Shown here: positions 35,015-42,061 of the stretch, piece after piece
Numbering within the stretch: position 1 is the first letter of the stretch
How the letters are laid out: each line of letters begins with the position of its first letter
DNA from: Marinifilum sp.
GTDB lineage: Bacteria > Bacteroidota > Bacteroidia > Bacteroidales > CG2-30-32-10
Reading direction: 5' to 3'
Assembly: GCA_020718065.1 (NCBI GenBank)
Contig: DYDE01000005.1
Coordinates: forward strand, 1 to 64,000
DNA length: 64,000 nt
Translations under genes and position numbers: made by a program
The notes under the pieces: generated by a model
Told to the model about the DNA's origin: nothing
What the model saw: the letters and a program-made list of their open reading frames with translations, nothing else
The model's database searches: none

Positions 35015-35483
35015 TTTTTTAATTTATAATAAAATTGAAATGATAAAAATTATTAAAAAAACTAAATTAAATGAAGAGACAAATAGATACTTTATATAAT
35101 TTTATTTAAACTTTAAAAACACAAATAATTAACATGGCAATTGTTTTTGGCACTATACAGTAAACATCAACAATAAACACAAAACCCGATACAGCAAAAA
35201 TGCAGCTTATTTTAAATAATGGATTAGTAAAACCGGGATTTGATATCAACCCTCTTCGGCTATGAGGCTGTGGCCCTTTGGGTTGAGGCTGTGCCACCTC
35301 TCCACTATCCTGTTGACTTACCTGCACTCTTATTTTATTTTAAACCACAAGCTGGCGCTCTTTTTTAGTGATCGTTGCACAACTTCAGAATCAATTTTTT
35401 TTCTAGAAAGAGAACCCTGCTATGCGGCATGAAAATTATTAACAACATTGGTGGACAGCCAAAACCGAACGTAGTTAGAAAAA

Positions 35484-37142
35484 CTAATTGATCACAATTT
35501 TCTTATTTACCTTTTCATTTTGCATATATATAATTAAATTATAAACTCCTGCTTTTAATCCAGTAGTTTTAATAATTACTTTAGATTCATTGGTATTAGT
35601 GTCATAAACAACTTTCCCTAAAAGGTCACAAATACTGATATGAAGAATTGGAAAGCTTCCAGTAATAGTCAATAATCCTTCAGAAGGATTCGGAAATAAA
35701 GAGATATTGGCAGGTGATAACTTCTCAATCCCACCATTTCCTACTCTAATATATGATAATTTAATCTCAGAGCTGTTTCCCCAAGTGTTAATAATATTTA
35801 AGGTAACATCATAAGTACCAACAATATTATAAGTTACAATAGGATTGGAGGAATTGGATGTACCAGGTGTACCTCCTGGAAAAGTCCAGTTGTATGTGGA
35901 TGTTGAATGACCACCTGATATTATTGAAAAAAGAACCTGTTCTCCCTGGTCAACAGCTGTGTCATTGGCTGTAAAATTTGTTTTAGCAAGTTTACTTGTG
36001 AATTTATACATACCATCATTATTTGGATTATTGTTCCAACTACCAGCAAAAGCAACAGAATCATTTAACCATTTAATAGCAAGAAAATGTTTATTGTCTG
36101 TGGAAGGCATTTTTTGCCATGTATGTCCACCATCAAAGGAATAAGTTACTCCAGAATTAGTATGTTTAATATTATCCGAAGTTTCTTCTGAATGATTAAT
36201 ATTCTGTCTATCATTTATCATAGATGCATTGTGTCCTGTAGATACATATGTGTTGGGAGAACCAGGAATAGCTGCAAGTGCAAAAAGATTTATAGGGCCG
36301 GTACTGTTCACTAAAGTCCAAGTATTACCGCCATCCGAAGTTTCATGAACATTCATAGTAGTTGCTGTAGAAGTTGCAAAACCGATTAATCCATGATTTT
36401 CATCATGAAAGGCAATATTTTTAAACCAACAATTTGGGGGAATTGTAATTCCAGTTGGTTTTCTAATCCAATGGTATCCTCTGTCCGTTGAAATATACAA
36501 ACTAGATGTAGAAGTAATAAAACAAAACATGCTATCACCAACTGTTTCAAAAGCACGAACAAATCCAATTTCTCCGCCTGTTTGAATCGTATCATTAATA
36601 TTTATTTGAGGAATCCGATTCCAAGCAGTTCCACCGTTTGAAGTAGTATAAATTTCAAAATAACCATTTCTGGTATTCCCATAAAAAACACCTTCGTTTG
36701 CGTTCCAAAAATGCAAACCATTAACATATGTGGATGAATTATTTTCTACAAAAAATTGTTGAACCCATGTTGCTCCACCATCTGTAGTTTTATATATACC
36801 ACATACGCTATCCTGGGCTCCATAAGAATGGTAAATACCTGCCCAAGCAATATTTTCATCAAAAGCAGAAATATTTGCTATATCATATATAGCTGTTCCA
36901 GAAATGACCTGACCTACTGTCCATTTTGCTCCTCCATTGGTAGTTCGAGAAAACTCATTAGATATATAAGGAGCATTTAATCCATCTCTGGCACTAATCC
37001 ATGCAATATCTTTACTTACTACACTTATATAGAAAGCTCCAGTAGATTCATTTGGGAAACCTGATACCTGCATTAACCACTGCGCATCAGTAAAAGAGGA
37101 AAACACAAGTATTAATCCTGAAAGTAATAATAATTTTTTCAT
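35484..37142 (-). CDS. BNR/Asp-box (sortilin/Ycf48-like beta-propeller) protein with PKD domain and T9SS C-terminal sorting domain
   Basis: Signal peptide. Asp-box motifs TTNGGAKW, TTDGGATW, TSNGGTAW, STDRGYHW, TSDGGNTW, SFDGGHTW. PKD-like FTANDT...YNWTFPGGTP...GTYDVTL. C-terminus LFPNPSEGLLTI...GVYNLII. Confidence 0.75.
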   Translation of the reverse strand: MKKLLLLSGLILVFSSFTDAQWLMQVSGFPNESTGAFYISVVSKDIAWISARDGLNAPYISNEFSRTTNGGAKWTVGQVISGTAIYDIANISAFDENIAWAGIYHSYGAQDSVCGIYKTTDGGATWVQQFFVENNSSTYVNGLHFWNANEGVFYGNTRNGYFEIYTTSNGGTAWNRIPQININDTIQTGGEIGFVRAFETVGDSMFCFITSTSSLYISTDRGYHWIRKPTGITIPPNCWFKNIAFHDENHGLIGFATSTATTMNVHETSDGGNTWTLVNSTGPINLFALAAIPGSPNTYVSTGHNASMINDRQNINHSEETSDNIKHTNSGVTYSFDGGHTWQKMPSTDNKHFLAIKWLNDSVAFAGSWNNNPNNDGMYKFTSKLAKTNFTANDTAVDQGEQVLFSIISGGHSTSTYNWTFPGGTPGTSNSSNPIVTYNIVGTYDVTLNIINTWGNSSEIKLSYIRVGNGGIEKLSPANISLFPNPSEGLLTITGSFPILHISICDLLGKVVYDTNTNESKVIIKTTGLKAGVYNLIIYMQNEKVNKKIVIN

Positions 37143-37384
37143 AGTTTTACAGATTTAAAAGTTATTTATCAAATGTAATTTCAGTAATTTGATTTGAATC
37201 TTATAAATCTTCAAGAGGTATAAAAAATCGTTAAATGGTCAATTATTTAGATATACTATGAGATGTTAATAATAAATCAATCTAGTGCCATTTAGATTTT
37301 TTTAAGTTTATAATATGAATACAAAATATATAAAACTCTCAAAAAAAAATTATTTGTCTGAAATTGGATCAAAAAAGAGAAGAA

Positions 37385-37418
37385 AATAACCATTTAGCGA
37401 AAATAAAAACCGTTTAAA
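37385..37418 (+). promoter_or_regulatory. Two direct repeats (ATAACCATTTAG / AAAACCGTTTAAAG), candidate LytTR binding sites
   Basis: AACC cores at 37388-37391 and 37408-37411, spacing 20 bp. The 11-mer AACCGTTTAAA is identical to the minus-strand 41488-41478. Confidence 0.5.
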
Positions 37419-37450
37419 GTAAAAACGGAATTTGTATATTAAATAAGTAT

Positions 37451-37458
37451 TATTTTTG
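37451..37458 (+). promoter_or_regulatory. Candidate -7 box (TATTTTTG) with -33 TTTG at 37431-37434, for the kinase/regulator operon
   Basis: Matches TAnnTTTG. It lies 39 nt after the proximal AACC core and 49 nt before the ATG at 37508. Confidence 0.45.
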
Positions 37459-37507
37459 AGTTTGAAATAAAAATGTAAAACATTGTGTAAGTTTAGTTTG
37501 GTAAATT

Positions 37508-38584
37508 ATGTTAAGTGAAATTTATAATAAAAGGACAAATTTTTGGATTTACCAAATTCTGGGGTGGATTGGATTTTATATAATGGTAACAACGAGAGAA
37601 ACCTTACAGATAATACAGGATAAGTCGAATTTAAGCAACATAATTGAGGAATCTCTTTCATACATAATTTATGTCCTTTTGGGATTTTTATTTACTATAT
37701 TACTCAGATACATTTATCAATGGTTCTATCGAAAACAAAATCAAATAATCAAAACTACTGGTTTTATTATACTTATGACCTTTTTAGTTACCTTAATTCA
37801 TACAGTTTTGGTTAATTATATTTATTCTTTACTAATAAAACCGATTAACACACCTAATTTAATATTTCTTTTAATTCATATTATTTGGAATTTGCCTGTT
37901 TATTTTGGGTGGAGCATTCTATATTTCGGTATTAAATACTGGAATCAATCGGTTTTTGAGAAGGAAAAATCAGAAAAAGCAATTTTTTTAGCTCAAACCG
38001 CACAATTACAAATGCTGCGATATCAATTGAATCCACACTTTCTGTTCAATTCACTAAATTCTATTACCGCATTGATCGATGAAGATAAAAAGACTTCAAA
38101 GGATATGATAGCTGAACTGGCGGATTTTTTGCGTTACTCATTAATTAGCAAGAACTATACTGATATTCCTTTGGAAGAAGAACTTAAGGCAATTAGACTT
38201 TATTTTTCGATAGAAAAGAAAAGATTTGAAGAAAAGCTGGAAGTTGAATATGAGATCGCTCCTGAAGCAGAAAAGTTTCCAGTGTTAAGCTTGCTGTTGA
38301 ATCCAATTGTCGAAAATGCGATCAAATATGGTATGCTCACCAGCGTTTTGCCATTGAGAATTGCCATCATTGCTAAGATTGTAAATCAACATCTGATATT
38401 GCAAGTTACAAATACCGGTAAATGGATTGACTCTGTCAAAAATGATAATAATAATGGGACCAGAACTGGTTTAGAAAACATTAAATTACGACTTCTTAAC
38501 GCCTATTCTGACAAAGCATCATTTCATATTGGACAGATTGATGATAAAGTAATTGCTACAATTGAAATACATGGAAAATCATAA
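37508..38584 (+). CDS. Sensor histidine kinase, LytS/YehU type (multi-TM input domain)
   Basis: ~5 N-terminal TM helices. LQMLRYQLNPHFLFNSLNSI (His_kinase region) and N-box LLLNPIVENAIKYG. Confidence 0.85.
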   Translation: MLSEIYNKRTNFWIYQILGWIGFYIMVTTRETLQIIQDKSNLSNIIEESLSYIIYVLLGFLFTILLRYIYQWFYRKQNQIIKTTGFIILMTFLVTLIHTVLVNYIYSLLIKPINTPNLIFLLIHIIWNLPVYFGWSILYFGIKYWNQSVFEKEKSEKAIFLAQTAQLQMLRYQLNPHFLFNSLNSITALIDEDKKTSKDMIAELADFLRYSLISKNYTDIPLEEELKAIRLYFSIEKKRFEEKLEVEYEIAPEAEKFPVLSLLLNPIVENAIKYGMLTSVLPLRIAIIAKIVNQHLILQVTNTGKWIDSVKNDNNNGTRTGLENIKLRLLNAYSDKASFHIGQIDDKVIATIEIHGKS

Positions 38585-39299
38585 ATATACTGCCATCATA
38601 GTTGATGATGAGCGCTTAGCAAGAAACGCCTTAAAAACATTATTGGAAGAAATTGATGAAATTGAATTGACAGGAGAGGCTGATAGTGTGTCTAATGCCA
38701 TATCATTGATTGCTAAAGTGAAGCCAGATATTATCTTTCTTGACATTCAAATGCCTGGAGAATCTGGTTTTGATCTGATTGAAAAAATTTCAACAAATAT
38801 TAAAATCATATTTGTTACTGCTTTTGATGAATTTGCATTGAGGGCATTTGAAGTTAACGCCATTGATTACTTGTTGAAGCCTGTTTCTGTTATACGTTTA
38901 AAAACCAGTATAGCCAGGCTATTCGAAGAAAATAGTATAGATGAAACAGCAAAAAAAAAGTTAGTTGCAGGCGATCGCTTATTTCTTCTCTTTAATAACA
39001 ATTATCTTTTTCTTAAAATTGAAAATATTTTACACATTAGTTCTTCTGGAGATTATTCAGAGCTTCATCTGATTGATGGGAAAAAGGGTTTAACAAATAA
39101 ATCAATGCAAGAATGGGAAGCAAGGCTTCCTATAAATACCTTCTGCCGTATACACCGCTGTACTATCATTAATATGGATTACGTAGTAAAGGTGGATGAA
39201 TGGTTTAATAATGCTTTTCGAATTCATATGAAGGGAATAGAAGAACCTTTTATAATGAGCAGGCGATTTTCATCAGTAATCCGAAACAGGTTCAATTGA
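38571..39299 (+). CDS. LytTR-family response regulator
   Basis: REC domain (IIVDDERLARN...DIIFLDIQMPGESGFDL). C-terminal LytTR domain (ILHISSSGDYSELHL...FCRIHRCTIINMDYV). The start at 38571 overlaps the kinase stop. Confidence 0.88.
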   Translation: MENHKYTAIIVDDERLARNALKTLLEEIDEIELTGEADSVSNAISLIAKVKPDIIFLDIQMPGESGFDLIEKISTNIKIIFVTAFDEFALRAFEVNAIDYLLKPVSVIRLKTSIARLFEENSIDETAKKKLVAGDRLFLLFNNNYLFLKIENILHISSSGDYSELHLIDGKKGLTNKSMQEWEARLPINTFCRIHRCTIINMDYVVKVDEWFNNAFRIHMKGIEEPFIMSRRFSSVIRNRFN

Positions 39300-39339
39300 A
39301 AAATCATTAATCGAATCAGTTAGCATAATACATTTAATT

Positions 39340-39372
39340 CCCTTGTTATTATTCCACTTAAAATAACAAGGG
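39340..39372. terminator. Hairpin between the convergent regulator and rSAM genes
   Basis: 11-bp stem cccttgttatt/aataacaaggg, followed by tttatt on the plus strand. Confidence 0.55.
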
Positions 39373-39376
39373 TTTA

Positions 39377-40867
39377 TTAAATAATATCATATATAAACGC
39401 AGGTGCTTTATTGCATCTGGGATCAGGAAAATCCCAATTTTCATCTCCATACACTTTTAACACATCAGCCCAACATTTGTTAGGATATTTATTACAACAT
39501 TCATCAAGTATTTCGCAATTTTTACATGCACTTTCTTCCCGAAAATCATCTTTTGTTAAATTGACCCATTTTAATGAAGCTGGAGAATTCCATACTTCCT
39601 CAATAGAATTGTTAAGAATATTTCCAATAATAAATTTTTGTTTCCAATACATTTGCTCGCAAATAGTAACATTGCCATCAGGAAGAACATACATATGCGA
39701 ACGATTTGCCGAACAAACAGCTCCCGGAAATGATTTACTTCCTTTTTCAGCTGTAAAATAACCTCGGTCCAAATGAGATTTATCTATATCAATCCTTAAT
39801 TTTTGCAATTTATTAAGTTCATCTATATTCTTAAGAGCTTCTTCACGTTCTTGTTTTTGAAGTTTTATCTTTTCAAAATCATTAGTACTATATAGGGATT
39901 TAAATGCAATTCTAACTTGCCAGCATTTAATTTTTTTTAATGATGATAGATAGTTGAGCATTTCCAATAATTCATTTTTATCAGCATTTAATCTAGTTAA
40001 AATAGAAATAACATGATATGAGATTCCATATTCATCCATCGTTTCTAATGTTTTCTTCATATTTGCAGCATAGTTTCCAGAGACACCAAGAATTTCATAC
40101 AGCTTTTGTGGAGAAAGAGAATCAAAGGAAAATTGAAAAGTTAGATTTGTAAATTGTGTCAATTTAATGATATCCTCTTTCTTAATAGGGATTTTGGTCG
40201 AAATAAATATTTTTTCATATCCATGTTTGTAAAGCTCTTTTAAAAGATCGTACCATCTGTCATAGAGGAAAAACTCTCCACCACCGATTTGTATTTCTTT
40301 TAATTTTATTTTTTTTGATTCTACAATTAAATCTATAATACGATCAAAAGGAATGGTGCACGAAAAATCATTATTTTTGTCAGCATAGCAATAAATACAA
40401 TTTGTTACACAGCGATTGGTTACCATAATGGTTATGGAAGAAGGGCATTTCATTAACCTGGCCGATTCAAAATCTAATTCTGAATAAGTAAAATCTTCGG
40501 GAGTATAAGTATAGTTGATTTTAAGCTGTTTTTTGTATTTAATGACGATCTGTTTAGGGAACCTAAAGGTAGCTCCATTATACTGCGTATATATGGTTTC
40601 TTTATTTTCGATAAAGGGATTAATAAGCGCAATAGTTTCTTTTTTATTTAAACTTAAAAATTCGGTTAAGTTCTCAACCGCCTTATCAATGGTTATAGGA
40701 TTAGAAAAAAAAGACAAGATCATTGCCTGGGCCGGATGAATAAAAGATAACCATTCTTTGTTTGAATTTTCACATTGCGATTCGGAATTAGCAATAATTA
40801 CACTTCTTTTAATATCATTTCTGAAGTTGTAGTCAGGATTAAGGATAAATTTTTCTGAGTTTGTCAT
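39377..40867 (-). CDS. Radical SAM/SPASM-domain peptide maturase with an N-terminal RRE-like domain
   Basis: CVTNCIYC is CX3CX2C. C-terminal auxiliary-cluster motifs are CSANRSHMYVLPDGNVTIC (CX12GX4C) and CKNCEILDECC (CX2CX5C). The ~130-aa N-terminal extension has a PqqD-like pattern (IHPAQAMILSFFSNPITIDKAVENLTEFL). Confidence 0.85.
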   Translation of the reverse strand: MTNSEKFILNPDYNFRNDIKRSVIIANSESQCENSNKEWLSFIHPAQAMILSFFSNPITIDKAVENLTEFLSLNKKETIALINPFIENKETIYTQYNGATFRFPKQIVIKYKKQLKINYTYTPEDFTYSELDFESARLMKCPSSITIMVTNRCVTNCIYCYADKNNDFSCTIPFDRIIDLIVESKKIKLKEIQIGGGEFFLYDRWYDLLKELYKHGYEKIFISTKIPIKKEDIIKLTQFTNLTFQFSFDSLSPQKLYEILGVSGNYAANMKKTLETMDEYGISYHVISILTRLNADKNELLEMLNYLSSLKKIKCWQVRIAFKSLYSTNDFEKIKLQKQEREEALKNIDELNKLQKLRIDIDKSHLDRGYFTAEKGSKSFPGAVCSANRSHMYVLPDGNVTICEQMYWKQKFIIGNILNNSIEEVWNSPASLKWVNLTKDDFREESACKNCEILDECCNKYPNKCWADVLKVYGDENWDFPDPRCNKAPAFIYDII

Positions 40868-40922
40868 AGGTATCGTATAATATTAAATACTAATTATATT
40901 TGTTATTAAAGTAAATTATGAA

Positions 40923-40961
40923 GCAATTCTTCTACCATGTTTTTCTAAGTAGAAGAATTGC
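40923..40961 (-). terminator. Intercistronic 13-bp hairpin between the precursor and maturase genes (candidate leaky terminator or mRNA stabiliser)
   Basis: gcaattcttctac (40923-40935) pairs with gtagaagaattgc (40949-40961). There is no strong U-tract on the minus strand. Confidence 0.5.
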
Positions 40962-41041
40962 ATTTTAAACACTTACAAATATGAATACAATCATGTTTTT
41001 GTAACGACATATTGTAAATTTCTGTAAGTTTTTAGATAAAT

Positions 41042-41305
41042 TTAATACCACTGAATAATTCTATGATTTCGGGTACAATCACCTCCACCAGCACCCCACA
41101 TTCGTCCAGAACACACATTTCCTCCGCAAAAATTATTACTCAAGCCTCCGTCACAAGCTTGATGGGATATACATTCAGCTCCAGTGGTGCAGGTTCCAAC
41201 ATTATCACCGCACTCACCACCATTAATTTCATTTAATTGTTTGGCATTCATTAATTCGCCTAGATTTAACTTTTCATTAGTTAATTCACTTAATTTTTTT
41301 TTCAT
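41042..41305 (-). CDS. RiPP precursor peptide: double-glycine leader plus Cys/Gly-rich core
   Basis: The leader is MKKKLSELTNEKLNLGELMNAKQLNEINGG (30 aa). The core ECGDNVGTCTTGAECISHQACDGGLSNNFCGGNVCSGRMWGAGGGDCTRNHRIIQWY (57 aa) has 7 Cys and 12 Gly. The gene lies directly upstream of, and co-oriented with, the rSAM/SPASM gene. Confidence 0.75.
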   Translation of the reverse strand: MKKKLSELTNEKLNLGELMNAKQLNEINGGECGDNVGTCTTGAECISHQACDGGLSNNFCGGNVCSGRMWGAGGGDCTRNHRIIQWY

Positions 41306-41327
41306 GATTATTTATAATTAATATTTT

Positions 41328-41360
41328 TGCTTACTCTTTATAGGATTTTCAGCTTTCTCC
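41328..41360 (-). promoter_or_regulatory. Conserved 5'-leader motif (copy 2), 22 nt upstream of the ATG
   Basis: Sense strand GGAGAAAGCTGAAAATCCTATAAAGAGTAAGCA. See copy 1 at 34982-35014. Confidence 0.5.
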
Positions 41361-41416
41361 TATTGTTATTGCGCGCAAACAATATCTTTATAAATTCCAT
41401 AGCGTTTTTATTTTTA

Positions 41417-41424
41417 CAAAACTA
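41417..41424 (-). promoter_or_regulatory. Candidate -7 box (TAGTTTTG) for the precursor/maturase transcript
   Basis: Plus-strand caaaacta matches TAnnTTTG. It lies 39 nt downstream of the proximal AACC repeat core, with no good -33 element. Confidence 0.45.
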
Positions 41425-41457
41425 TTTAATAACTAAACTATAATAAAAGGGTTTTCT

Positions 41458-41516
41458 TCTAGTGGTTATTATATAGTTTTAAACGGTTACTTTTAAAGTT
41501 AAGCGGTTAATTATAA
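41458..41516 (-). promoter_or_regulatory. Three direct repeats (TTAACCGCTTAAC / GTAACCGTTTAAA / ATAACCACTAGAA), candidate LytTR binding sites
   Basis: On the minus strand the AACC cores end at 41505, 41485 and 41464, spacing 20 and 21 bp. Confidence 0.5.
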
Positions 41517-42061
41517 TAAACTTATACTTAAAAAAAAAAACGAATATGATGTTTAAAGAATTTACTTTGTTTTTAATCTTTATAGAGAATTGTTTTTAAT
41601 AATTTGTATTATAAATAAATAAAAATAGATAAAATCTATTTTGGCATAATTTTTGTTATTTTAAATTTATTGATTTTTTTTCAATTCGAGTAACTAAATA
41701 TCATCATTCAACGTCATATACAAAAACAGAAATTTATAGATAGAACTTTAACTCTTTACTTAATTTTTTTATTTATAGCTATAGCTTATTATTAGGTAGG
41801 GGAAAAGTTCTTTGACGTACTGAATTGATTTAAAATAGGGATAGTTTGTTTAAGGACTGTATCTCTTTTTTAATTATTCGAGAGTAAATACCTGAACTTA
41901 TTTAATTAAACATGTCTTAATGTTTTTAATGCATAACTTGTATAGTTTGCAGGGAGCATGTTTTGGAAATTTATTTTTCTGAAATGGCAAAATATATCGC
42001 CTTTACAGGGTTTATTTATACAACATTAAGACTTAAATATTAATTTCTAAAAAAAACAAAA

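Noticed and set aside
35106-35460. GC-rich patch (gaggctgtggccctttgggttgaggctgtgcc) considered as a tRNA-like or other ncRNA. The overlapping 73-aa ORF 35106-35327 has a hydrophobic tail.
   Set aside because: I could not fold a cloverleaf or recognise any Rfam-type motif. The ORF has a Pro/Gln-rich head generated by the GC patch and no start context. It is left unannotated; cmscan and RNA-seq would settle it.
41530-41540. A11 homopolymer beside the candidate LytTR sites, considered as a phase-variation switch.
   Set aside because: It lies outside the repeat-to-promoter spacer, so length changes would not alter site phasing. A-runs of this size are common in this AT-rich genome.
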